This document shows positions 9,079 to 22,341 of a DNA stretch of 63,292 nt, one piece after another; position 1 is the first letter of the stretch; each line of letters opens with the position of its first letter. The translations under genes and the position numbers were made by a program. The notes beneath the pieces are model-generated. The model was not told the origin of the DNA. It searched no databases and worked only from the letters and a program-made list of their open reading frames with translations. This DNA is from Eubacteriales bacterium (lineage in GTDB: Bacteria; Bacillota; Clostridia; Oscillospirales; CAG-272): assembly GCA_045659405.1 (NCBI GenBank), contig JAZOWX010000042.1, positions 1 to 63,292 of the forward strand, written 5' to 3'.

Positions 9079-10149
9079 ATGGCAAAAGTGCTTGTTTTAT
9101 TTGGAGGAACGAGCTCTGAACATGAAGTATCGTTAAAATCCGCAGCCACAGTAATTTCCATACTGGAAAACACAGCGCATGATGTGGTAAAAGTCGGAAT
9201 AACTAAAAACGGACAGTGGCTGTTTACTACAGCATCCACTGACGAAATAAAAAATGACCTTTGGGAAACAAATAAGTTAAATTGCAGAGCTATTCTTTCC
9301 CCCGAGAGAGTAAATCAAGGCATCATACTGTTAAAAGACAATTCTTTCGAGACCGTTAAGGTCGATTGCGTATGGCCTGTCCTGCACGGAAAATATGGTG
9401 AAGACGGAACAGTTCAAGGTCTTTGTGAATTGGCCGGTATTCCCTATGTTGGCCCGGGAGTATGTGCTTCTGCTGTATCGATGGATAAATCGCGCACGAA
9501 AATTGTGGTAGAAAAAACCGGTGTAAGACAAGCTGATTATTTCCTTGTCAAAAAAGATTCTTACGAATCCGACACAGAAAAAAACATCAAAGAAATTACA
9601 GAGCACTTTAAAGGAGTCTTTCCGCTGTTTGTAAAGCCTTGTTCTGCAGGTTCATCCGTTGGTGTAGCGAAAGTCGCAAACCATGCCGAACTGTGTCAGG
9701 CTATTGAAACTGCACTTAAGCATGATAGAAAAGTTTTGATTGAAGAAAGCATTGTAGGCCGCGAGGTTGAAGTGGCTGTTCTTGGCAATGCAGATCCCAA
9801 AGCTTCGGTTGTAGGCGAGGTGCTTTCCGCTAACGAATTTTACGATTATTCGGCAAAGTATATTAACAGCGCATCAAAAACCGTAATTCCTGCTTCAATA
9901 CAGCAGACGGAATCTGAAAAACTTCGTAGCGCAGCTGTGACAATCTATTCCGCTTTGGAATGCAAGGGATTGTCCCGTGTAGATTTCTTCCTTTGTGATA
10001 ACGAAGAAATCGTATTCAACGAAATCAACACCTTGCCCGGTTTCACAAATGTTAGCATGTACCCCAAGCTGTGGGAAGCTAGCGGTATGTCAAATACAGA
10101 GCTTGCTAACACATTAATATCGCTTGCGCTGGATAATGCATATTTCTGA
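9079..10149 (+). CDS. ddl: D-alanine--D-alanine ligase family protein
   Basis: LFGGTSSEHEVSLKSA, LHGKYGEDG, VKPCSAGSSVG, GREVE, FYDYSAKY, SRVDFF, NEINTLPGFT. Confidence 0.93.
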   Translation: MAKVLVLFGGTSSEHEVSLKSAATVISILENTAHDVVKVGITKNGQWLFTTASTDEIKNDLWETNKLNCRAILSPERVNQGIILLKDNSFETVKVDCVWPVLHGKYGEDGTVQGLCELAGIPYVGPGVCASAVSMDKSRTKIVVEKTGVRQADYFLVKKDSYESDTEKNIKEITEHFKGVFPLFVKPCSAGSSVGVAKVANHAELCQAIETALKHDRKVLIEESIVGREVEVAVLGNADPKASVVGEVLSANEFYDYSAKYINSASKTVIPASIQQTESEKLRSAAVTIYSALECKGLSRVDFFLCDNEEIVFNEINTLPGFTNVSMYPKLWEASGMSNTELANTLISLALDNAYF

Positions 10150-10219
10150 TAAAAGAAGTTTTGCTTATTCAGAGTTTACAGTGATATTGATTATTTCGAA
10201 ATAACTACTAGGAGTGTTT

Positions 10220-10987
10220 ATGTTAAAAAGATTTATGCAACACCATTTTCTCTTTGAGGAATTGGTGAAGCGTGATTTCAAAAAGAAATATAAAGGAACC
10301 GTGTTAGGCATGGCTTGGAGTGTCCTTTCCCCGTTATTTACACTCTTGGTTATGCGCCTGGTCTTTACCAACTTTTTCGGTCAAGGAATGGAGCACTACA
10401 CTACCTATCTGTTTTGCGGAAATTTGATTTTTTCTTATTTCAGCGAATCCACAGGCCAAGGTATGACATCACTGATGGGTAATCTGAATATTTTTTCCAA
10501 AGTAAACGTCCCGAAATATCTGTTCTTATTCTCCAAAAACGTGCAGACTTTAATAAACTTCGGTTTAACACTGTGCGTGTTTTTCGTGTTCTGCATTTTG
10601 GATGGAATCACGTTTACTTGGAAGTTCATATTACTCTTGTATCCTATTGCGTGCCTTGTGCTGTTTAACCTTGGAATGGGACTGATTCTCTCTGCAATGT
10701 TTGTATTTTTCAGAGATATTAAATATTTGTGGACAGTATTTACACAGTTGCTTATGTATATGTCGGCGATATTCTATACGGTTAACACATTCTCACCATT
10801 GGCACAAAAGCTCTTCCATATAAATCCAATGTACGTATACATCAAGTATTTCAGGCTTATTGTAATTGATGCTACGGTTCCGTCAATTTGGATGCATCTG
10901 CTTGCCATTGGATATGCGGTATTAGCCTTTGCGATTGGTGCAATCATATACAAAAAGAACAATCATAAATTCCTTTATTACACTTAA
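10220..10987 (+). CDS. wzm: ABC-2 glycan export permease (Wzm/TagG family)
   Basis: LVKRDFKKKYKGTVLGMAWSVLSP, FFRDIKY, NP motif; about 6 hydrophobic segments; AGGAG RBS before ATG 10220. Confidence 0.9.
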   Translation: MLKRFMQHHFLFEELVKRDFKKKYKGTVLGMAWSVLSPLFTLLVMRLVFTNFFGQGMEHYTTYLFCGNLIFSYFSESTGQGMTSLMGNLNIFSKVNVPKYLFLFSKNVQTLINFGLTLCVFFVFCILDGITFTWKFILLLYPIACLVLFNLGMGLILSAMFVFFRDIKYLWTVFTQLLMYMSAIFYTVNTFSPLAQKLFHINPMYVYIKYFRLIVIDATVPSIWMHLLAIGYAVLAFAIGAIIYKKNNHKFLYYT

Positions 10988-11004
10988 TTTGGAGGACGAT
11001 TAAT

Positions 11005-11790
11005 ATGGAAAACACGAAAAAAACGTCCTCTGCCCCCATTTTGATTTGCCATGACGTATCCATAAGATATGTCACGGGGGATTTCAAGGACATTGGAATC
11101 AAGGAATATCTGCTTCGCAAGCTTACCAAAAATTACAAGGTTAACGAGTTCTGGGCTGACAAAAACATTAACTTTACGATAAACCGTGGCGATATGCTCG
11201 GCATTATCGGCACGAACGGTGCAGGTAAATCCACGCTTCTTAAGGCCGTTTCCGGCATTATGCGTCCAACACGCGGCTACGTAGACTGCCGTGGCACTAT
11301 CGCAGCTCTTCTGGAGCTTGCCTCCGGCTTTGACGGGGACCTCACCGTAAAAGAAAACACCTATCTGCGTGGCGCTATGCTCGGATATACGAAGAAATTT
11401 ATGGATGACACCTACCGTGCTATCATAGAATTTTCAGAGCTTGAAGAATTCGAGGACAGACCGTTTAAGCAGCTTTCGAGCGGTATGAAATCCCGCCTTG
11501 CCTTCTCTATCGCATCGCTCGTAAATCCCGATATACTCATCCTTGACGAGGTGCTGTCTGTCGGTGACGGAGCGTTCAAGAAAAAAAGCGAAACAAAAAT
11601 GAAATCTATAATTGAGGGCGGCGCTACTACAATTCTGGTTTCGCACTCTATCGGCCAGGTGCGCTCTATGTGCAATAAGGTGCTGTGGCTCAATCACGGT
11701 GAGCAGATAGCATTTGGCGAAAACGTATCCGAAATATGCGATGCGTATGAACAGTTCCTCGCTACTAAAGTTTTGCCCGAAAAGATTTAA
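11005..11790 (+). CDS. wzt: Glycan export ABC ATPase (Wzt/TagH family), no C-terminal carbohydrate-binding domain
   Basis: GIIGTNGAGKSTLL, LSSGMKSRLAFS, ILILDEVLSVGD, LVSH; only 261 aa. Confidence 0.92.
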   Translation: MENTKKTSSAPILICHDVSIRYVTGDFKDIGIKEYLLRKLTKNYKVNEFWADKNINFTINRGDMLGIIGTNGAGKSTLLKAVSGIMRPTRGYVDCRGTIAALLELASGFDGDLTVKENTYLRGAMLGYTKKFMDDTYRAIIEFSELEEFEDRPFKQLSSGMKSRLAFSIASLVNPDILILDEVLSVGDGAFKKKSETKMKSIIEGGATTILVSHSIGQVRSMCNKVLWLNHGEQIAFGENVSEICDAYEQFLATKVLPEKI

Positions 11791-11805
11791 TAGTTTAAAG
11801 TAATG

Positions 11806-11846
11806 AAAAAGCACTTGTGATATCTACTGTATCACAAGTGCTTTTT
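11806..11846. terminator. Bidirectional intrinsic terminator
   Basis: AAAAAGCACTTGTGATA-loop-TATCACAAGTGCTTTTT between convergent genes. Confidence 0.9.
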
Positions 11847-11859
11847 CTGATATGTTATT

Positions 11860-12996
11860 TCACTTTGCTTTCTTTCCGAAAAGCTTAACAAAAAATGCAG
11901 AAACCTTTTTGCCAAAGCGGTTTGCTCGGGAAAGCTCACCGAAGCGCTCGTGCTTCAGCTTTATTCCCTTATCGACACGGCGAAGATATACTGCGTGGTC
12001 GTAGAGCACGACGTTCATCACGAAATCACACACGTCATAGCGCTCAAAGTCTCCCTTTTGCCGCAGGTGCCAATCAAGCAGCTCCGCATATTCTGCGTGA
12101 AGAATGCTCCAGAATTTTTCCTTTCCGTCGCGCCAAAGCAAATTGTATATCGTGTAGCATCTGCTTGCCGCAAGGTTCAAAAACGAACGTTTCAGTGGAA
12201 TATACATTCCTCGGTGCATAAGGAATTCTTTTATTTTCACATAAACTTTGGGTACTTCCGCATAATGCTTGCGGAACGTGCGTGCGCGCGACTGCGCGGA
12301 ATATACACGGTGATGTGCGAGAATTTTCGAAACCTTTCCTATCCGCTCCGCCATAGAAAGGCATATCGTCACAAAATGCACGTCCTCAAACACGTAAAGC
12401 TCAGGAGAAAACAAAAGATTCTTTTCAGCCAGAAATTCACGTCTGAAAAGCTTATTCCATACGTATCCTGTGGTTGACTGAAGAATATAATCGGGATATT
12501 CGCTCTTTGACGTTACCGGACTCGCTGTGAAAATCGCTCCGTAGTCACTGTCCATAGCAGGCGAAAATCTTGCCTTTTTGCTGTTGTATATATCGTAATC
12601 GGCAACGGCTATGTCAAGCCCCTCGGCTTCGGAAAAATTATAAAGCTCTGAAAGAAGCGAAACCTCAAAAAAATCATCGGCATCAAGAAAAGCTATATAT
12701 TTTCCTCTTGCTCTCACAATACCTTTATTTCTCGCTGCCCCGGGCCCTGCATTGTTTTCTGTAACAATGCGTATGCGTGAATCGTTTTTCTGATATTCTT
12801 TGATAATCTCAAGCGATTTATCGGTTGAGCCGTCATCAATGCAAATAATCTCTATTTCACGAAGTGTCTGATCTATAACGCTGTCAAGAGCGGTGCGCAG
12901 ATATTTTTCGGCATTATATACAGGCATTACTACCGAAACCTTTATCCCGCACTCTACAGCTTCTGTATTATCTTGTAAATTTTCTATATTACACAT
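11860..12996 (-). CDS. GT2 glycosyltransferase
   Basis: VSVVMPVYN, CIDDGSTD, GPGAARNKG, FLDADD, VWNKLFR, FED. Confidence 0.92.
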   Translation of the reverse strand: MCNIENLQDNTEAVECGIKVSVVMPVYNAEKYLRTALDSVIDQTLREIEIICIDDGSTDKSLEIIKEYQKNDSRIRIVTENNAGPGAARNKGIVRARGKYIAFLDADDFFEVSLLSELYNFSEAEGLDIAVADYDIYNSKKARFSPAMDSDYGAIFTASPVTSKSEYPDYILQSTTGYVWNKLFRREFLAEKNLLFSPELYVFEDVHFVTICLSMAERIGKVSKILAHHRVYSAQSRARTFRKHYAEVPKVYVKIKEFLMHRGMYIPLKRSFLNLAASRCYTIYNLLWRDGKEKFWSILHAEYAELLDWHLRQKGDFERYDVCDFVMNVVLYDHAVYLRRVDKGIKLKHERFGELSRANRFGKKVSAFFVKLFGKKAK

Positions 12997-13058
12997 AAAG
13001 CATACCCATTATTAAGGTTTTGTCCGATACAAAAACAACAAGCGTACCGTTTGATATA

Positions 13059-13087
13059 ATTTTAGCATCTTTCGCATAAAAAGTCAA
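13059..13087 (-). promoter_or_regulatory. sigmaA promoter of the reverse GT2 gene
   Basis: TTGACT (13087-13082), 17 bp, TAAAAT (13064-13059). Confidence 0.6.
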
Positions 13088-13280
13088 TAGGTGTTTACAT
13101 CAATGTGGGGTTGAATGGACTTCAGAAGAAAAACTGCGGGAAAAGAAATGCAAATTAAGCCTTGCGAAAATTTCACCGACATAGGCATCAAGCAGGAAGA
13201 AAATATGTATTGCGTTTTTGATATTTTTATGTTAAAATATATTTAGTCAAGGAAAAACCGAAAAGTGAGGACGAAATACT

Positions 13281-14129
13281 GTGTTTTTTTCACCGCTCCA
13301 TATAATATATATGCTGATTCCGCCCGTTGTGGTTCTTCTGCTCTATCTGATTTTCAGAAAAACCGGCATACGCACCAAAACTACCGTTGTATTTATAGTT
13401 GCGCTGCTCAACACGCTTCAGCATCTATTTAAAATGTATATCTATCCGCAATACTACGGCGATACGTTTTTAGCACGTGGTACAGCATATAATATGTGCG
13501 CATTTTTAATTCTTGCATCACCGATAGTTTTACTTATAGGCTCGCAGCTTTGGCAGAATTTCTTCTTTTACATCGGCTCGATTGCAGGTTATATTTCAAT
13601 ATGCGTTACCTATTGGCTTGGCGAGCCGCTTGAAGAGCAGCTGCGTTTTGTGATATGTCACGGACTTCTGTTTGTATCCTCGTTTCTTCCGTTCCTGTTT
13701 GGAATTTACAAGGTAAATTATCGAAAATGCTGGCGGCTTCCGTTTGTCTTTTATATGATACTTATGATATTGATAGTTAACGACACGGTTGTTTATATGC
13801 TTGCTTATACAGAGCAAACAAGGCCGTCGGACCTGCTAACATACCTGATAGCTCAAAACCCATGCTGGGCTATGGGACCGCCTGTTAATTATCCATTTGT
13901 AGAGGCACTTGTCGCACCTTTTACACCGAGTATTTTTCTCGCATCAGAGGGAGGTGTCACAACACCCATCCTTTGGTTTGCAATACCGCTCTTTATACTT
14001 ATAACGGTAGTTGGATTCTTACTTGGAATCATACTTGATAACAAAGGCTTCAAAAAAGATATGCAAAATTTGCGCTCAAAGTTTTCGCGCAAAAAGGACG
14101 ACTACTATTTCATCAAAAAGAGCCACTAA
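13281..14129 (+). CDS. Integral membrane protein, YwaF/TMEM164-like
   Basis: About 7 hydrophobic segments, N-terminal FSPLH, YNMC and CHG motifs; GAGG RBS before the GTG. Confidence 0.55.
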   Translation: MFFSPLHIIYMLIPPVVVLLLYLIFRKTGIRTKTTVVFIVALLNTLQHLFKMYIYPQYYGDTFLARGTAYNMCAFLILASPIVLLIGSQLWQNFFFYIGSIAGYISICVTYWLGEPLEEQLRFVICHGLLFVSSFLPFLFGIYKVNYRKCWRLPFVFYMILMILIVNDTVVYMLAYTEQTRPSDLLTYLIAQNPCWAMGPPVNYPFVEALVAPFTPSIFLASEGGVTTPILWFAIPLFILITVVGFLLGIILDNKGFKKDMQNLRSKFSRKKDDYYFIKKSH

Positions 14130-14207
14130 AAAAGCATAGCAAGGATATCGGCCAGATCTGATATTCCGTCCGGCTCTTGAAAAGTCAATTTTGTTACCTC
14201 ATAAAAC

Positions 14208-14244
14208 AAAAGCTGCTCAAGCTTTACGCTTGAGCAGCTTTTTT
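14208..14244. terminator. Bidirectional intrinsic terminator downstream of rpoC
   Basis: AAAAGCTGCTCAAGC-TTTAC-GCTTGAGCAGCTTTT. Confidence 0.9.
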
Positions 14245-14286
14245 GCCTTTTCGGGCGAAATTGTTTTGTTTTTTGCAAACAATAAT

Positions 14287-17200
14287 TTACATAGCTGTGT
14301 AAACTATCTTGTTTTCATCGGGAACTTCTGCCACAAATTCAGCGGTTTCAGACGCATCCTCATCCTTTGAATTGTCGGCAATTTCAACAGCTCTGTATTT
14401 GCCGATACCGGTACCTGCAGGTATCAGCTTACCGATGATAACGTTTTCCTTAAGACCGAGAAGCTTATCGCACTTACCGTTAATAGCAGCCTCTGTAAGA
14501 ACCTTGGTAGTCTCCTGGAAGGAAGCTGCCGAGAGGAAGGAAGCTGTCATAAGCGAAGCCTTTGTGATACCGAGAAGCATCGGAGCTGCTTCAGCACGGC
14601 GAAGAGTAAGCTCGCCCGCTGCAATTCTCTCATCAATCTTCTCGTTAGCCTCACGAAGCTCAAGAATGTCTATCTTTGTACCGGAAAGAAGATCGGTATC
14701 GCCCGCATCCTCAACCTGTACCTTTCTTGTCATCTGTCTTGTTATACACTCGACGTGCTTGTCGTTAATCTCAACGTCCTCACCACGGTACACCTTCTGT
14801 ACCTCACGGATGATATAGTCATAAACTGCATCTATACCGCTCATATGAAGAACGTCGGCAGGGTTAAGGAAGCCCTCTGTAAGCTGCTGACCGCGCTTTA
14901 CGTACTGACCGTCCTCTATGCACACACGCATTCCGAACGGAATCTCGTAAATAACGTCTGTATCTGTCGGCTCTTCGGGATTTTGAATAATAACCTTGTT
15001 GAGCTTTTTATCCGACTGGATACGAGCTGTACCGCTGAACTCGGTAACAATAGCGGTCTTCTTGGGCTTACGAGCCTCGAACAGCTCCTCTACTCTGGGA
15101 AGACCCTGAGTAATATCCGAACCTGCGACACCACCTGTATGGAAGGTTCTCATCGTAAGCTGTGTACCGGGCTCACCGATAGACTGAGCGGCAATAACAC
15201 CGACAGCCTCACCGATTGAAACAGGAGTTCCGTGTGCAAGGTCAGCACCGTAGCAGTGAACGCAAACACCACGCTTTGCAAGGCAGCGAAGAATTGTACG
15301 AACCTCTACCTGCTCAATACCTGCATCAACGATAGCCTGTGCCATCTCCTCGGTAATCATTGTGTTAGCGGGAACTATAAGCTCACCTGTATTTTCATCA
15401 ACAACGTCACCTACGGTATATCTGCCAACAAGTCTGTCGAAGAGCTTTTCAACAACCTGATTTCCTGAAACTATATCCGAAACCACGATACCGCTTGTAG
15501 CGCCGCAATCCTCTTCACGAACGATAACGTCCTGCGAAACGTCAACAAGACGTCTTGTAAGATAACCGGAGTCTGCAGTACGAAGAGCAGTATCCGACAG
15601 CGACTTACGAGAACCCTTTGCACCCATAAAGTACTCGAGCATTGTAAGTCCCTCACGGAAGTTAGACTTAATCGGAATTTCGATAGTCTTACCGTTTGTC
15701 GCAAACATAAGTCCACGCATACCTGCAAGCTGACGCATCTGCTTCATAGAACCACGGGCCCCCGAGGTACAAATCATATTAAGCGAGTTGTATTTGTCAA
15801 GGTTTTCGATAAGAGCGTTGGTAACGGCATCTGTGGTCTTATCCCAAACGTCGATAACCTGCTTGTAGCGCTCGTCATCAGAAAGCTCACCCCAGTTGAA
15901 ATGCTCTGTTATCTCATCAACCTGACGGGATGCCTCTTCAAGAAGCTCTTTCTTCTTCGGGGGGATAGTCATATCGTAAACCGAGATGGAAAGAGAGGAT
16001 TTGGTGGAGTACTTATAACCCATAGACTTGATGTTATCAAGAACGTCTGCAGCCTCTGCAAATCCGTGATATTTGATTGTTCTGTCAACTATTTCCTTAA
16101 GCTTCTTGCTTGTTGCGGCAAAGCTTATCTCAAGCGAGAAGGGATCCTTTGAACGGTCAACGTAACCGAGGTCCTGAGGAATCCTTGAGTTGAATATAAG
16201 ACGTCCGTAGGTTGCATCTATAAGAGCAGTCTTTTCTACACCGTCTATAACCTTTGTAACACGAACCTTGATTGCTGCGTGGATACCGAGCTGCTTGTTC
16301 TCGTATGCCATTTCAACCTCGTTGAAATCACGGAACACCTTGCCCTCTCCAAGCTCACCCGGATGGACAATGGTAAGATAATAAGAACCAAGCACCATAT
16401 CCTGCGAGGGAACGGTTACAGCCTTACCTGAAACAGGCTTCAAAAGGTTGTTTGCGGAAAGCATAAGGAATCTTGCCTCTGCCTGCGCCTCGCTTGAAAG
16501 CGGAACGTGTACGGGCATCTGGTCACCGTCGAAGTCGGCATTAAATGCAGGACATACGAGAGGGTGAAGCTTTATAGCTCTACCCTCTACAAGGATGGGC
16601 TCAAATGCCTGAATAGAAAGACGGTGAAGTGTGGGCGCACGGTTAAGAAGCACGGGGTGTTCCTTAATAACGTATTCAAGCGCATCCCAAACCTCGGCAG
16701 AAAGTGCCTTGTCTGCCTTTCTCTTTGCGTCCTTTATAGAGTTTGCCTTCTGTGTTTCGATAAGGCGCTTCATAACGAAGGGCTTGAAGAGCTCAAGCGC
16801 CATTTCCTTAGGAAGACCGCACTGATAAATCTTAAGCTCGGGTCCTACGACGATAACCGAACGTCCTGAATAGTCAACACGCTTACCAAGAAGGTTCTGA
16901 CGGAAACGTCCCTGCTTACCGCGAAGAATCTCGGAGAGCGACTTAAGAGGTCTGTTAGACGCACCTGTAACGCTCTTTCCGTGCTTACCGTTATCAATAA
17001 GAGCATCAACGAACTCCTGAAGCATACGCTTCTCGTTTCTGATGATGATTTCGGGAGCATTCATCTCAAGGAAGTGCTTAAGACGGTTGTTTCTGTTTAT
17101 AACTCGTCTGTAAAGCTCATTTATATCCGATGCTGCGAAGCGTCCGCCGTCAAGCTGTACCATAGGTCTGATATCAGCAGGAAGCACGGGGATTGTTTCG

Positions 17201-17880
17201 AGTATCATCCACTCGGGGCGGTTGCCTGACTTTCTGAAAGCCTCAACAACCTCAAGTCTTTTAATTATTTTAGCTTTTTTGGGTCCTGATGACTCCGCAA
17301 GCTTTTCACGAAGTTCAGAAGAAAGTGCCTCGAGGTCTATTTCGGCAAGAAGCTCACGGATAGCCTCAGCACCCATTCCCGCACGGAAATCGTCCTCGTA
17401 TTTTTCTCTTGCGTTCTTGTATTCAGCATCGGTAAGTATCTGCTTCTTTTCAAGCGGAGTGTTACCGGGATCAATAACTATATATCTTGCGAAATAGAGA
17501 ACTCTCTCAAGCGATTTTGCAGGTATATCAAGCATAAGCACCATTCTTGACGGCAAAGCCTTGAAATACCAGATGTGGGATACAGGAGCAGCAAGCTCAA
17601 TGTTACCCATACGCTCGCGGCGCACCTTTTTGGTCGTTACCTCAACTCCGCACTTTTCGCATATCTTGCCCTTAAAACGAACTCTCTTGTACTTTCCGCA
17701 AAGACATTCCCAGTCCTTTGTTGGGCCAAAAATCTTTTCGCAGAAAAGACCGTCACGCTCGGCTTTCAAGGTACGGTAATTGATAGTTTCCGCCTTGGTT
17801 ACCTCTCCGTGAGACCACGAACGGATCATTTCGGGAGAAGCAAGACCTATTTTAATAGAATCAAACGTATTTCTTTCCAT
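14287..17880 (-). CDS. rpoC: RNA polymerase beta' subunit
   Basis: Zn-finger CLCGKYK...[35 protein letters not shown]. Confidence 0.99.
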   Translation of the reverse strand: MERNTFDSIKIGLASPEMIRSWSHGEVTKAETINYRTLKAERDGLFCEKIFGPTKDWECLCGKYKRVRFKGKICEKCGVEVTTKKVRRERMGNIELAAPVSHIWYFKALPSRMVLMLDIPAKSLERVLYFARYIVIDPGNTPLEKKQILTDAEYKNAREKYEDDFRAGMGAEAIRELLAEIDLEALSSELREKLAESSGPKKAKIIKRLEVVEAFRKSGNRPEWMILETIPVLPADIRPMVQLDGGRFAASDINELYRRVINRNNRLKHFLEMNAPEIIIRNEKRMLQEFVDALIDNGKHGKSVTGASNRPLKSLSEILRGKQGRFRQNLLGKRVDYSGRSVIVVGPELKIYQCGLPKEMALELFKPFVMKRLIETQKANSIKDAKRKADKALSAEVWDALEYVIKEHPVLLNRAPTLHRLSIQAFEPILVEGRAIKLHPLVCPAFNADFDGDQMPVHVPLSSEAQAEARFLMLSANNLLKPVSGKAVTVPSQDMVLGSYYLTIVHPGELGEGKVFRDFNEVEMAYENKQLGIHAAIKVRVTKVIDGVEKTALIDATYGRLIFNSRIPQDLGYVDRSKDPFSLEISFAATSKKLKEIVDRTIKYHGFAEAADVLDNIKSMGYKYSTKSSLSISVYDMTIPPKKKELLEEASRQVDEITEHFNWGELSDDERYKQVIDVWDKTTDAVTNALIENLDKYNSLNMICTSGARGSMKQMRQLAGMRGLMFATNGKTIEIPIKSNFREGLTMLEYFMGAKGSRKSLSDTALRTADSGYLTRRLVDVSQDVIVREEDCGATSGIVVSDIVSGNQVVEKLFDRLVGRYTVGDVVDENTGELIVPANTMITEEMAQAIVDAGIEQVEVRTILRCLAKRGVCVHCYGADLAHGTPVSIGEAVGVIAAQSIGEPGTQLTMRTFHTGGVAGSDITQGLPRVEELFEARKPKKTAIVTEFSGTARIQSDKKLNKVIIQNPEEPTDTDVIYEIPFGMRVCIEDGQYVKRGQQLTEGFLNPADVLHMSGIDAVYDYIIREVQKVYRGEDVEINDKHVECITRQMTRKVQVEDAGDTDLLSGTKIDILELREANEKIDERIAAGELTLRRAEAAPMLLGITKASLMTASFLSAASFQETTKVLTEAAINGKCDKLLGLKENVIIGKLIPAGTGIGKYRAVEIADNSKDEDASETAEFVAEVPDENKIVYTAM

Positions 17881-17940
17881 AGATTTTTATATTACAGGCT
17901 TCTCTTTATGCGAAGAGAAGCCCCTTCCCTTCCGTAAAAA

Positions 17941-21861
<3,921 letters not shown>

Positions 21862-22059
21862 AAATAGAATCACTCCATTCCTGAAATTTTACAAATTCAC
21901 TATCGCATACCGGGATTATTTCGCACTATGTAAAGATGCCGTGGGCAATTTGTGTAAAAGTGCAAAACAAGCGATGATTTTTTGTGCTGTTTTAACAGTT
22001 TATTCTGAAAAAAGCGCAAAAAACCCCCATAGAAAAATGCAATTATAATGCATTTTAAT

Positions 22060-22087
22060 ATTATAACATAAAAAACCGTTTTGTCAA
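22060..22087 (-). promoter_or_regulatory. sigmaA promoter of rpoBC
   Basis: TTGACA (22087-22082), 16 bp, TATAAT (22065-22060). Confidence 0.7.
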
Positions 22088-22185
22088 GTCCTTTTTCAAA
22101 TTTTTCTCAACTTTTTTCATTTGATCCAAAAATTGACTTCTCCACAACCGAAAAATTACGTCGTAAAAGCGCAGAAAAACAAACA

Positions 22186-22222
22186 AAAAGGGAGCGCTCA
22201 AAATGGGCATCTTGCGCTCCCG
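22186..22222 (-). terminator. Intrinsic terminator after malY
   Basis: GGGAGCGC...GCGCTCCC followed by a T-tract on the minus strand. Confidence 0.7.
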
Positions 22223-22341
22223 TTATAGTTATTCCAATGCTATATTATGCTTGATTCAGGATAACTGTCATTTCTTGTTTCCAAAGCGATTATGGCATTT
22301 TTTGTCGATTTTTGCAAATATATGTTTACCAAAACATTCTT

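Noticed and set aside
9079-10149. ddl as a vancomycin-resistance ligase
   Set aside because: FYDY omega loop of the D-Ala-D-Ala type; no vanH, vanX, vanT or vanRS nearby
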